From Escherichia coli (GTDB lineage: Bacteria; Pseudomonadota; Gammaproteobacteria; Enterobacterales; Enterobacteriaceae): 64,000 nt of DNA. The notes beneath the pieces are model-generated. The model worked only from the letters and a program-made list of their open reading frames with translations, did no database searches and was not told the DNA's origin. This document shows, piece after piece, positions 40,655-56,149 of the stretch (positions within the stretch are counted from its first letter, which is position 1; every line of letters begins with the position of its first letter). The position numbers and the translations under genes were made by a program. The DNA lies in assembly GCF_024223415.1 (NCBI RefSeq), contig NZ_CP100500.1; one strand, written 5' to 3'.

Positions 40655-42455
40655 GTGCAAACCTTTCAAGCCGATCTTGCCATTGTAGGCGCCGGTGGCG
40701 CGGGATTACGTGCTGCAATTGCTGCCGCGCAGGCAAATCCAAATGCAAAAATCGCACTAATCTCAAAAGTATACCCGATGCGTAGCCATACCGTTGCTGC
40801 AGAAGGGGGCTCCGCCGCTGTCGCGCAGGATCATGACAGCTTCGAATATCACTTTCACGATACAGTAGCGGGTGGCGACTGGTTGTGTGAGCAGGATGTC
40901 GTGGATTATTTCGTCCACCACTGCCCAACCGAAATGACCCAACTGGAACTGTGGGGATGCCCATGGAGCCGTCGCCCGGATGGTAGCGTCAACGTACGTC
41001 GCTTCGGCGGCATGAAAATCGAGCGTACCTGGTTCGCCGCCGATAAGACCGGCTTCCATATGCTGCACACGCTGTTCCAGACCTCTCTGCAATTCCCGCA
41101 GATCCAGCGTTTTGACGAACATTTCGTGCTGGATATTCTGGTTGATGATGGTCATGTTCGCGGCCTGGTAGCAATGAACATGATGGAAGGCACGCTGGTG
41201 CAGATCCGTGCTAACGCGGTCGTTATGGCTACTGGCGGTGCGGGTCGCGTTTATCGTTACAACACCAACGGCGGCATCGTTACCGGTGACGGTATGGGTA
41301 TGGCGCTAAGCCACGGCGTTCCGCTGCGTGACATGGAGTTCGTTCAGTATCACCCAACCGGTCTGCCAGGTTCCGGTATCCTGATGACCGAAGGTTGCCG
41401 TGGCGAAGGCGGTATTCTGGTCAATAAAAATGGCTACCGTTATCTGCAAGATTACGGCATGGGCCCGGAAACTCCGCTGGGCGAGCCGAAAAACAAATAT
41501 ATGGAACTGGGTCCACGCGACAAAGTCTCTCAGGCCTTCTGGCACGAATGGCGTAAAGGCAACACCATCTCCACGCCGCGTGGCGATGTGGTTTATCTCG
41601 ACCTGCGTCACCTCGGCGAGAAAAAACTGCATGAACGTCTGCCGTTCATCTGCGAACTGGCGAAAGCGTACGTTGGCGTCGATCCGGTTAAAGAACCGAT
41701 TCCGGTACGTCCGACCGCACACTACACCATGGGCGGTATCGAAACCGATCAGAACTGTGAAACCCGCATTAAAGGTCTGTTCGCCGTGGGTGAATGTTCC
41801 TCTGTTGGTCTGCACGGTGCAAACCGTCTGGGTTCTAACTCCCTGGCGGAACTGGTGGTCTTCGGCCGTCTGGCCGGTGAACAAGCGACAGAGCGTGCAG
41901 CAACTGCCGGTAATGGCAACGAAGCGGCAATTGAAGCGCAGGCAGCTGGCGTTGAACAACGTCTGAAAGATCTGGTTAACCAGGATGGCGGCGAAAACTG
42001 GGCGAAGATCCGCGACGAAATGGGCCTGGCTATGGAAGAAGGCTGCGGTATCTACCGTACGCCGGAACTGATGCAGAAAACCATCGACAAGCTGGCAGAG
42101 CTGCAGGAACGCTTCAAGCGCGTGCGCATCACCGACACTTCCAGCGTGTTCAACACCGACCTGCTCTACACCATTGAACTGGGCCACGGTCTGAACGTTG
42201 CTGAATGTATGGCGCACTCCGCAATGGCACGTAAAGAGTCCCGCGGCGCACACCAGCGTCTGGACGAAGGTTGCACCGAGCGTGACGACGTCAACTTCCT
42301 CAAACACACCCTCGCCTTCCGCGATGCTGATGGCACGACTCGCCTGGAGTACAGCGACGTGAAGATTACTACGCTGCCGCCAGCTAAACGCGTTTACGGT
42401 GGCGAAGCGGATGCAGCCGATAAGGCGGAAGCAGCCAATAAGAAGGAGAAGGCGA

Positions 42456-42463
<8 letters not shown>
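40655..42463 (+). CDS. frdA: fumarate reductase flavoprotein subunit FrdA
   Basis: ORF 602 aa, GTG start, [26 protein letters not shown] (FAD Rossmann motif). Confidence 0.95.
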
Positions 42464-43596
<1,133 letters not shown>

Positions 43597-43606
43597 GGAG
43601 CCTGAG

Positions 43607-45162
<1,556 letters not shown>

Positions 45163-45250
45163 AATTTCATCGGGTCCGAATTTTCGGACCTTTTCTCCGC
45201 TTTTCCTTGCTGTCATCTACACTTAGAAAAAAACCAGTAAGGAAACATTT

Positions 45251-45784
45251 ATGCGCCTGCTCCCTCTCGTTGCCGCAGCGACAGCTGCATTTCTGGTCGT
45301 TGCCTGCAGTTCTCCTACGCCGCCGCGTGGCGTGACCGTAGTGAATAATTTCGACGCTAAACGCTATCTCGGTACCTGGTATGAGATTGCCCGTTTTGAT
45401 CACCGCTTTGAACGTGGACTGGAAAAAGTCACCGCAACATACAGCCTGAGGGATGATGGCGGCCTGAATGTCATTAATAAAGGCTATAACCCTGACAGAG
45501 AAATGTGGCAGCAGAGTGAAGGGAAAGCGTACTTTACCGGCGCACCAACTCGCGCTGCGCTGAAAGTGTCATTCTTTGGTCCTTTCTATGGCGGTTATAA
45601 CGTTATTGCACTCGATCGGGAATACCGCCATGCGCTGGTTTGCGGCCCGGACCGCGACTACCTGTGGATACTCTCCCGCACGCCAACCATTTCTGACGAA
45701 GTGAAACAGGAGATGCTGGCAGTCGCGACCCGGGAAGGGTTTGATGTCAGTAAGTTTATTTGGGTACAGCAGCCCGGTAGTTAG
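45251..45784 (+). CDS. blc: outer-membrane lipocalin Blc
   Basis: ORF 177 aa [25 protein letters not shown] (lipobox) then lipocalin GTWYEIA motif. Confidence 0.92.
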   Translation: MRLLPLVAAATAAFLVVACSSPTPPRGVTVVNNFDAKRYLGTWYEIARFDHRFERGLEKVTATYSLRDDGGLNVINKGYNPDREMWQQSEGKAYFTGAPTRAALKVSFFGPFYGGYNVIALDREYRHALVCGPDRDYLWILSRTPTISDEVKQEMLAVATREGFDVSKFIWVQQPGS

Positions 45785-46098
45785 TGAGTGCTGAGTTTCA
45801 GACCAATAATCCCCAATACGATTAACGCCAGACTCGCCAGACGCATCGGGTTAGCGGACTCACCGAGCAGCACAATGCCGGTGATGGCCGCGCCGACTGC
45901 GCCAATACCCGTCCACACGGCATAAGCCGTCCCTACTGGTAACGATTTCATCGCCCAGGCAAGTAGCGCCATACTGACAATCATCGCCGTCACGGTAATA
46001 ACACTCGGCGTCAAACGACTAAAGCCGTGGGTATATTTCAGGCCAACGGCCCATACCACTTCCAGCAGACCAGCAATAACTAAGATAATCCAGGACAT
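45781..46098 (-). CDS. gdx: SMR-family guanidinium exporter Gdx (SugE)
   Basis: ORF 45781..46161(-) trimmed to [26 protein letters not shown], 105 aa, conserved membrane-embedded Glu. Confidence 0.9.
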   Translation of the reverse strand: MSWIILVIAGLLEVVWAVGLKYTHGFSRLTPSVITVTAMIVSMALLAWAMKSLPVGTAYAVWTGIGAVGAAITGIVLLGESANPMRLASLALIVLGIIGLKLSTH

Positions 46099-46114
46099 AT
46101 CAGGCTCCGGAGAA

Positions 46115-46162
46115 TTGGGGCCGTCCCCGGTGAAAAGAGGCGTTTGCAGGTCGTCCTGCAAA
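46115..46162 (-). ncRNA. guanidine-II (mini-ykkC) riboswitch in the gdx 5' leader
   Basis: transcribed strand reads UUGCAGG-ACGA-CCUGCAA ... GGGG-ACGG-CCCC: two short GC-rich hairpins with ACGR tetraloops, directly upstream of the gdx RBS. Confidence 0.6.
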
Positions 46163-46278
46163 GCTGATGGTTGAACGGATATTTTGCCAGGTGGCAGAGG
46201 AATTTCAACTATTACCTTTGTGACTATCGCAAAAAAACAAACGGCACGACACAGCTGTCGTACCGTTATTGCTTATTG

Positions 46279-46425
46279 CTATTGCTGCGCTTTCGTTGCT
46301 GCGCCAGAAATCGCGTTACCGCCATCAGAAATGTCTTCACCAACGCCACGCGTAGTGTTGCAGGCAGTTAATACTGTTGAAAGCACCAGAACAGAAAAGA
46401 TCGCTGCAATTGTCTTCTTCACCAT
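46279..46425 (-). CDS. ecnB: entericidin B lipoprotein (bacteriolytic)
   Basis: minus-strand 48-codon [51 protein letters not shown], lipobox LTAC, RBS GGAAG; too short for the ORF track. Confidence 0.85.
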
Positions 46426-46535
46426 AACGTCTTCCTTTTAGGTAATGTTATTTATGTTTGCCTATAGCAAATTAATAATAGACAACATCGCCAAAAATGA
46501 TGGAAATCTGATGATTTTTCGGAAGAGAAGAAAAA

Positions 46536-46661
46536 TTAGCTGGCAGCGCGGGAGATGGAGTTGCCGAGATGTTTGATATCTTCGCCGAAACCGCGAGCGG
46601 TGTTACAGCCCGTGAGCAGCGTGCTGGCAAGCAAAACAAGAACGATAAGGCGTTTCATCAT
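46536..46661 (-). CDS. ecnA: entericidin A lipoprotein (antidote to EcnB)
   Basis: minus-strand 41-codon [44 protein letters not shown], paralogous to EcnB. Confidence 0.85.
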   Translation of the reverse strand: MMKRLIVLVLLASTLLTGCNTARGFGEDIKHLGNSISRAAS

Positions 46662-46712
46662 CTCTGACCTGAATAAGTGATGGTGCAGCCTGCAGGCCGC
46701 ACCACAACCGCA

Positions 46713-47279
46713 TTACTTCACGCGAGAGACGTATTCACCAGAGCGGGTATCCACTTTGATGACTTCGCCGATTTGTACGAACAGCGGAACTTTAACCACA
46801 GCGCCAGTAGACAGGGTAGCCGGTTTGCCGCCAGTACCTGCGGTATCACCTTTCAGGCCCGGATCGGTATCAACGATTTCCAGTTCAACGAAGTTCGGCG
46901 GAGTAACGGAGATCGGCTGACCATTCCACAGAGTTACGATACACTCTGCCTGATCCAGCAGCCATTTCGCGTTGTCGCCAATTGCTTTTGCATCAGCAGA
47001 CAGCTGCTCGAAAGTTTCGTTGTTCATGAAGTGCCAGAACTCACCGTCGTTGTACAGGTAAGTCAGGTTCATATCGACAACATCAGCGCCTTCAGCGGAG
47101 TCAGTAGATTTGAAGGTTTTTTCTACGCGAGTACCGGTCAGCAGACGACGCAGTTTAACGCGAGCAAATGCCTGGCCTTTACCCGGTTTTACGAATTCAC
47201 TCGCTTCAACCGCGTAAGGTTCGCCGTCTAACATGATTTTAAGACCAGCACGAAAATCGTTGCTATAGTACGTTGCCAT
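46713..47279 (-). CDS. efp: translation elongation factor P
   Basis: ORF 188 aa [45 protein letters not shown] (modified Lys34 in the KPGKG loop). Confidence 0.95.
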
Positions 47280-47320
47280 AAGGCCCTCTGAAATTTGTTA
47301 ATTGGTAGCTAAGCCACAAA

Positions 47321-48349
47321 ATGGCGCATATTGTAACCCTAAATACCCCATCCAGAGAAGATTGGTTAACGCAACTTGCCGATGTTGTGACCGATCCTGA
47401 TGAACTTCTGCGTCTTTTGAATATAGACGCGGACGAAAAACTGTTGGCCGGACGCAACGCCAAAAAGCTGTTTGCCCTGCGTGTGCCCCGCTCATTTATC
47501 GAGCGCATGGAGAAAGGCAATCCGGACGATCCGCTTTTGCGTCAGGTACTTACCTCGCAAGATGAGTTTGTCGTCGCGCCCGGATTCTCCACCGACCCGC
47601 TGGAAGAACAGCACAGCGTAGTGCCTGGTTTGTTGCATAAATACCACAACCGGGCGCTTTTGCTGGTCAAAGGCGGCTGCGCGGTAAATTGCCGTTATTG
47701 CTTCCGTCGCCACTTCCCTTATGCCGAAAATCAGGGCAACAAGCGTAACTGGCAAACTGCACTTGAGTATGTTGCTGCGCATCCGGAACTGGACGAGATG
47801 ATTTTCTCCGGCGGCGATCCGCTGATGGCGAAAGATCACGAGCTGGACTGGTTGCTCACACAACTGGAAGCCATCCCGCATATCAAACGTCTGCGGATTC
47901 ACAGTCGTCTGCCGATTGTGATCCCGGCACGCATCACAGATGCGCTGGTTGAACGCTTTTCACATTCTACGCTGCAAATCTTGCTGGTGAATCACATCAA
48001 CCATGCCAATGAGATAGATGAAACATTCCGTCAGGCGATGGCTAAGTTGCGCCGGGCGGGCGTTACTTTGCTGAACCAGAGCGTTCTGTTACGTGGTGTG
48101 AACGATAACGCACAAACGCTGGCAAACCTGAGTAATGCGTTGTTCGATGCAGGCGTGATGCCGTATTACCTGCATGTGCTCGATAAAGTACAGGGCGCGG
48201 CGCATTTTATGGTGAGTGATGACGAAGCACGGCAGATTATGCGTGAGTTGCTGACACTGGTGTCGGGATATCTGGTGCCGAAACTGGCGCGAGAAATTGG
48301 CGGCGAACCCAGCAAAACGCCGCTGGATCTCCAGCTACGCCAGCAGTAA
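47321..48349 (+). CDS. epmB: EF-P beta-lysylation lysine 2,3-aminomutase EpmB (radical SAM)
   Basis: ORF 342 aa with CAVNCRYC radical-SAM Cys motif; divergent from efp. Confidence 0.93.
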   Translation: MAHIVTLNTPSREDWLTQLADVVTDPDELLRLLNIDADEKLLAGRNAKKLFALRVPRSFIERMEKGNPDDPLLRQVLTSQDEFVVAPGFSTDPLEEQHSVVPGLLHKYHNRALLLVKGGCAVNCRYCFRRHFPYAENQGNKRNWQTALEYVAAHPELDEMIFSGGDPLMAKDHELDWLLTQLEAIPHIKRLRIHSRLPIVIPARITDALVERFSHSTLQILLVNHINHANEIDETFRQAMAKLRRAGVTLLNQSVLLRGVNDNAQTLANLSNALFDAGVMPYYLHVLDKVQGAAHFMVSDDEARQIMRELLTLVSGYLVPKLAREIGGEPSKTPLDLQLRQQ

Positions 48350-48398
48350 CTGATTAAACAGGGAAGTTAAACATTAAAATTGAATGGATTTTCAATGA

Positions 48399-48436
<38 letters not shown>

Positions 48437-48698
48437 AGAGCAACCAACGCAAGTACAGCAACCTGCCATTAAACAGGGAAGTTTAATCTTTGCCCGTTGC
48501 ATAACCTTTAATTATTCATATACATTGCTGTTGTTACTCTTTATATAGCTAACACCAATAATTAACCTTTCTTTTCTGTTTATATAGAGTGAGCACGGCT
48601 ACTTATGTTATTTTAACAACTATTATTACCAAGCCCATTCATCTGGCTTATAAATTAAAATTAATTATTTAATTGAGAAATGGTTAGGGAGAACCTAC

Positions 48699-49568
48699 AT
48701 GGCCATAAGCATCAAGGGTGTTAATACCGGTGTTATTCGCAAGAGTAATAATTTCATTGCACTGGCGCTGAAAATTAAGGAACCTCGCAATAAAGAATCG
48801 TTGTTCTTTATGTCTGTCATGGAACTGCGCGACCTGCTGATTGCGCTGGAAAGTCGTCTGCATCAAAAGCATAAACTGGATGCTGCTACACGCCTTCAGT
48901 ATGAGCAAGCTCGCGATAAAGTCATTAAGAAAATGGCAGAAAATATCCCAGAAATTCTGGTTGATGAGCTTAAAAATGCCGATATTAATCGTCGGGTTAA
49001 CACGCTGGAACTTACCGATAATCAAGGCGAAAATCTTACCTTCGTATTAACGCTACATGACGGTAGCAAATGTGAGTTAGTCGTCAATGAGTTGCAGATT
49101 GAAATGCTGGCGCGAGCAATCATTCATGCAATTAATAATGCAGAAATGCGCGAACTGGCATTACGTATTACCTCACTGTTAGATTTCCTGCCGTTATACG
49201 ACGTTGACTGCCAGGAAAATGGCAATCTGGAATATGACACCTATTCCCAACCGGAATGGAAACATAACTTGTTCGACCATTATCTGGCGGTGCTTTACCG
49301 CTTTAAAGATGAAAGTGGCAAAGAACAATTTAGCGGCGCAGTGGTGAAAACGCGTGAAGCAACGCCGGGTAAAGAAATAGAGGCGATCACTCGCCGAATG
49401 CTTGATTTCAGCCCACGACTGAAAAAACTCGCGGGTGTGCCATGTCAGGTCTATGTTCGCACCGTAGCGGCGAATAACGCCCAACCGCTAACCCAGGATC
49501 AATGCTTACGCGCGCTGCATCACTTACGTGTTCAATCCACCAGCAAAACTGCACCACAGGCGAAATAA
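48699..49568 (+). CDS. yjeJ: uncharacterised protein YjeJ
   Basis: ORF 289 aa MAISIKGVNTGVIRKSNNFIALALKIKEPRNKESLFF...; AT-rich gene with a very AT-rich ~220-bp leader. Confidence 0.85.
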   Translation: MAISIKGVNTGVIRKSNNFIALALKIKEPRNKESLFFMSVMELRDLLIALESRLHQKHKLDAATRLQYEQARDKVIKKMAENIPEILVDELKNADINRRVNTLELTDNQGENLTFVLTLHDGSKCELVVNELQIEMLARAIIHAINNAEMRELALRITSLLDFLPLYDVDCQENGNLEYDTYSQPEWKHNLFDHYLAVLYRFKDESGKEQFSGAVVKTREATPGKEIEAITRRMLDFSPRLKKLAGVPCQVYVRTVAANNAQPLTQDQCLRALHHLRVQSTSKTAPQAK

Positions 49569-49636
49569 TCTCATCTTTGCTAATGCGAGGCTGGAGCCAT
49601 CCAGCCTGAAATGACTGATAACGTGATCGTTGGTCA

Positions 49637-49732
<96 letters not shown>

Positions 49733-49760
49733 TGGCAATTATACGTTTGTCACCATCACA

Positions 49761-50114
49761 TCAGTTCGGGCACTTATATACCTGGCCGATAATCTGGCTA
49801 TCCGTCGGGACAAAACTGGACAACATTCCCTGCGACGGGCTACTGATGCCATAAATCACGTTACCGCCCATTGCAGCCGCCTGGTTGCGCAGATCGTTTG
49901 CTGCGCCGCGCATAGAACCGCCCTCTTCTCCGTGTTGCCCGGAAAGCCAGTTGCTTTGCTTACCTGTCGCAGTACCAATCAGCTGGCACTCTGCGCCTGG
50001 CTGCTCGTCCACAATGCGTACACTCTGACCGGCAGCACTCAATTCGTTGCTGGAGCTACAACCCGCCATCAGTAGCGCGGCACCGACAATCCCTGCTAAG
50101 TATTTTACGTGCAT
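49761..50114 (-). CDS. yjeI: DUF4156 lipoprotein YjeI
   Basis: ORF 49761..50147(-) trimmed to MHVKYLAGIVGAALLMAGCSSS (lipobox), 117 aa. Confidence 0.85.
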   Translation of the reverse strand: MHVKYLAGIVGAALLMAGCSSSNELSAAGQSVRIVDEQPGAECQLIGTATGKQSNWLSGQHGEEGGSMRGAANDLRNQAAAMGGNVIYGISSPSQGMLSSFVPTDSQIIGQVYKCPN

Positions 50115-50251
50115 GTTATTCCCCATAATCAATGAGCTGGACGCCACTCGCGTCGTCCGTGTCTGAATCTTATACTAGAAAGATGACCAAAAGAAAAACC
50201 CCCAGACATTTCTGCCCGGGGGTTTGTTTATTTCTGCGAGGTGCAGGGCAA

Positions 50252-51910
<1,659 letters not shown>

Positions 51911-51941
51911 TTAAATTCGTATGTTCAGTGTCGTGCGAGGA

Positions 51942-52286
<345 letters not shown>

Positions 52287-52299
52287 TTACGTGGTTTCC

Positions 52300-52340
52300 C
52301 GGCTGGTGACCAGAGAAATGGGGATGAGGCTTCGCCCCTT
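52300..52340 (-). promoter_or_regulatory. sigma-32 heat-shock promoter of groSL
   Basis: transcribed strand reads CCCTTGAA-N15-CCCCATTT, matching the sigma-32 -35/-10 consensus, ~70-100 bp upstream of groS. Confidence 0.6.
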
Positions 52341-52510
52341 CAAGGGGGAAAAAGAAAAAAAATTCTGATCAGCACAAAATCGGGTGAAAACCCTGATTCA
52401 CCTCACATTTCATCGCAATTTCTTCATCGCCGTCATAAGCGAATCTGATTGTGCTACCATCGAAAATCTACGCAGTTGCCCAAAATTTGGGCGCAATCGG
52501 ACATCAACCC

Positions 52511-53767
52511 ATGAGTGGACTCAAACAAGAACTGGGGCTGGCCCAGGGCATTGGCCTGCTATCGACGTCATTATTAGGCACTGGTGTGTTTGCCGTTCCT
52601 GCGTTAGCTGCACTGGTAGCAGGCAATAACAGCCTATGGGCGTGGCCCGTTTTGATTATCTTAGTGTTCCCGATTGCGATTGTGTTTGCGATTCTGGGTC
52701 GCCACTATCCCAGCGCAGGCGGCGTCGCGCACTTCGTCGGTATGGCGTTTGGTTCGCGGCTTGAGCGAGTCACCGGCTGGCTGTTTTTATCAGTCATTCC
52801 CGTGGGTTTGCCTGCCGCGCTACAAATTGCAGCCGGATTCGGCCAGGCGATGTTTGGCTGGCATAGCTGGCAACTGTTGTTGGCAGAACTCGGTACGCTG
52901 GCGTTGGTATGGTATATCGGTACTCGCGGTGCCAGTTCCAGTGCAAATCTACAAACCGTTATTGCCGGACTTATCGTCGCACTGATTGTCGCTATCTGGC
53001 GGGCGGGCGATATCAAACCTGCGAGTATCCCCTTCCCCGCGCCAGGAAATATCGAACTTACCGGGTTATTTGCTGCGTTATCAGTGATGTTCTGGTGTTT
53101 TGTCGGTCTTGAAGCATTTGCCCATCTTGCCTCGGAATTTAAAAATCCAGAACGTGATTTTCCTCGTGCTTTGATGATTGGTCTGCTGCTGGCAGGATTA
53201 GTCTACTGGGGCTGTACGGTAGTCGTCTTACACTTCGACGCCTATGGTGAACAAATGGCCGCGGCAGCATCGCTTCCAAAAATTGTAGTGCAACTGTTCG
53301 GTGTAGGAGCGTTATGGATTGCCTGCGTAATTGGCTATCTGGCCTGCTTTGCCAGTCTCAACATTTATATACAGAGCTTCGCCCGCCTGGTCTGGTCGCA
53401 GGCGCAACATAATCCTGACCACTACCTGGCACGCCTCTCTTCTCGCCATATCCCGAATAATGCCCTCAATGCGGTGCTCGGCTGCTGCGTGGTGAGCACG
53501 TTGGTGATTCATGCTTTAGAGATCAATCTGGACGCTCTTATTATTTATGCCAATGGCATCTTTATTATGATTTATCTGTTATGCATGCTGGCAGGCTGTA
53601 AATTATTGCAAGGTCGTTATCGACTACTGGCGGTGGTTGGCGGGCTGTTATGCGTTCTGTTACTGGCAATGGTCGGCTGGAAAAGTCTCTATGCGCTGAT
53701 CATGCTGGCGGGGTTATGGCTGTTTCTGCCAAAACGAAAAACGCCGGAAAATGGCATAACCACATAA
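52511..53767 (+). CDS. yjeH: APC-family amino-acid (Met/branched-chain) exporter YjeH
   Basis: ORF 52451..53767 trimmed to MSGLKQELGLAQGIGLLSTSLLGTGVF, 418 aa, polytopic. Confidence 0.9.
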   Translation: MSGLKQELGLAQGIGLLSTSLLGTGVFAVPALAALVAGNNSLWAWPVLIILVFPIAIVFAILGRHYPSAGGVAHFVGMAFGSRLERVTGWLFLSVIPVGLPAALQIAAGFGQAMFGWHSWQLLLAELGTLALVWYIGTRGASSSANLQTVIAGLIVALIVAIWRAGDIKPASIPFPAPGNIELTGLFAALSVMFWCFVGLEAFAHLASEFKNPERDFPRALMIGLLLAGLVYWGCTVVVLHFDAYGEQMAAAASLPKIVVQLFGVGALWIACVIGYLACFASLNIYIQSFARLVWSQAQHNPDHYLARLSSRHIPNNALNAVLGCCVVSTLVIHALEINLDALIIYANGIFIMIYLLCMLAGCKLLQGRYRLLAVVGGLLCVLLLAMVGWKSLYALIMLAGLWLFLPKRKTPENGITT

Positions 53768-53782
53768 TCCGGCGTTTCGACA

Positions 53783-54259
53783 TTAATCCTGGCGATCGTC
53801 TTTATGATCAAGGCGGTCGCGCTCATCATCCTTTCGCTGGTACTCACCATCAAAAGTATTACCGCCACCGGTCCCGGCGCTAAAACCGCCGCCTGGCATG
53901 CGAGAAAAGCGCAAATGTGGCATCAACTTCACTGTCAGATGCTTTTGCACCGGCGGCAATAAAAGCAGAAGACCGAGGAAGTCGGTGAAAAAGCCCGGTA
54001 ATAAAAGCAGCAAACCGGCAATGATCAGCGAAACACTTTTAATCATCTCCGCCGCAGGGTTTTCACCCGCCGCCATTTTTTGCTGCATCAGCACGAAATT
54101 CTTAAAGCCCTGGTTACGTACCAGTGACATACCGATAACTGACGTGAATATAACCAGCACGAGGGTCAACAATACCCCCAATACATGGGCAACCTGAATA
54201 AAGATTGAAATCTCAATATAGACATAAAGGAAAATGACAATAAAAGGTAACCAGCGCAA
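53783..54259 (-). CDS. fxsA: inner-membrane protein FxsA (suppressor of F-plasmid exclusion of phage T7)
   Basis: ORF 158 aa MRWLPFIVIFLYVYIEISIFIQVAHVLGVLLTLVLVIF... Confidence 0.9.
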   Translation of the reverse strand: MRWLPFIVIFLYVYIEISIFIQVAHVLGVLLTLVLVIFTSVIGMSLVRNQGFKNFVLMQQKMAAGENPAAEMIKSVSLIIAGLLLLLPGFFTDFLGLLLLLPPVQKHLTVKLMPHLRFSRMPGGGFSAGTGGGNTFDGEYQRKDDERDRLDHKDDRQD

Positions 54260-54595
54260 AGGTTTCTCCTGTAATAGCAGCCGGTTAACCCCGGCTACCT
54301 GAATGGGTTGCGAATCGCGTTCAGCTTATATTGTGGTCATTAGCAAAATTTCAAGATGTTTGCGCAACTATTTTTGGTAGTAATCCCAAAGCGGTGATCT
54401 ATTTCACAAATTAATAATTAAGGGGTAAAAACCGACACTTAAAGTGATCCAGATTACGGTAGAAATCCTCAAGCAGCATATGATCTCGGGTATTCGGTCG
54501 ATGCAGGGGATAATCGTCGGTCGAAAAACATTCGAAACCACATATATTCTGTGTGTTTAAAGCAAATCATTGGCAGCTTGAAAAAGAAGGTTCAC

Positions 54596-56032
54596 ATGTC
54601 AAACAACATTCGTATCGAAGAAGATCTGTTGGGTACCAGGGAAGTTCCAGCTGATGCCTACTATGGTGTTCACACTCTGAGAGCGATTGAAAACTTCTAT
54701 ATCAGCAACAACAAAATCAGTGATATTCCTGAATTTGTTCGCGGTATGGTAATGGTTAAAAAAGCCGCAGCTATGGCAAACAAAGAGCTGCAAACCATTC
54801 CTAAAAGTGTAGCGAATGCCATCATTGCCGCATGTGATGAAGTCCTGAACAACGGAAAATGCATGGATCAGTTCCCGGTAGACGTCTACCAGGGCGGCGC
54901 AGGTACTTCCGTAAACATGAACACCAACGAAGTGCTGGCCAATATCGGTCTGGAACTGATGGGTCACCAGAAAGGTGAATATCAGTACCTGAACCCGAAC
55001 GACCATGTTAACAAATGTCAGTCCACTAACGACGCCTACCCGACCGGTTTCCGTATCGCAGTTTACTCTTCCCTGATTAAGCTGGTAGATGCGATTAACC
55101 AACTGCGTGAAGGCTTTGAACGTAAAGCTGTCGAATTCCAGGACATCCTGAAAATGGGTCGTACCCAGCTGCAGGACGCAGTACCGATGACCCTCGGTCA
55201 GGAATTCCGCGCTTTCAGCATCCTGCTGAAAGAAGAAGTGAAAAACATCCAACGTACCGCTGAACTGCTGCTGGAAGTTAACCTTGGCGCAACAGCAATC
55301 GGTACTGGTCTGAACACGCCGAAAGAGTACTCTCCGCTGGCAGTGAAAAAACTGGCTGAAGTTACTGGCTTCCCATGCGTACCGGCTGAAGACCTGATCG
55401 AAGCGACCTCTGACTGCGGCGCTTATGTTATGGTTCACGGCGCGCTGAAACGCCTGGCTGTGAAGATGTCCAAAATCTGTAACGACCTGCGCTTGCTCTC
55501 TTCTGGTCCACGTGCCGGCCTGAACGAGATCAACCTGCCGGAACTGCAGGCGGGCTCTTCCATCATGCCAGCTAAAGTAAACCCGGTTGTTCCGGAAGTG
55601 GTTAACCAGGTATGCTTCAAAGTCATCGGTAACGACACCACTGTTACCATGGCAGCAGAAGCAGGTCAGCTGCAGTTGAACGTTATGGAGCCGGTCATTG
55701 GCCAGGCCATGTTCGAATCCGTTCACATTCTGACCAACGCTTGCTACAACCTGCTGGAAAAATGCATTAACGGCATCACAGCTAACAAAGAAGTGTGCGA
55801 AGGTTACGTTTACAACTCTATCGGTATCGTTACTTACCTGAACCCGTTCATCGGTCACCACAACGGTGACATCGTGGGTAAAATCTGTGCCGAAACCGGT
55901 AAGAGTGTACGTGAAGTCGTTCTGGAACGCGGTCTGTTGACTGAAGCGGAACTTGACGATATTTTCTCCGTACAGAATCTGATGCACCCGGCTTACAAAG
56001 CAAAACGCTATACTGATGAAAGCGAACAGTAA
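54596..56032 (+). CDS. aspA: aspartate ammonia-lyase AspA
   Basis: ORF 54551..56032 trimmed to [30 protein letters not shown], 478 aa; fumarase/aspartase signature [10 protein letters not shown]. Confidence 0.95.
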
Positions 56033-56149
56033 TCGTACAGGGTAGTACAAATAAAGAAGGCACGTCAGATGACGTGCCTTTTTTCTTGTGAGCAGTAACT
56101 TAAAAATAACAATCTAATATCAACTTGTTAAAAAACAAGGAAGGCTAAT

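Noticed and set aside
40763-42307. Several 130 to 333-aa ORFs on both strands inside frdA
   Set aside because: They are internal to the frdA coding frame, which is the only one matching a known protein end to end.
54599-56050. 483-aa minus-strand ORF spanning essentially the whole of aspA in antisense
   Set aside because: It is exactly coextensive with a highly conserved, strongly codon-biased gene. Its product is low-complexity with no recognisable motifs and no plausible RBS or start context, which is typical of stop-codon-poor antisense frames in GC-rich enterobacterial genes.
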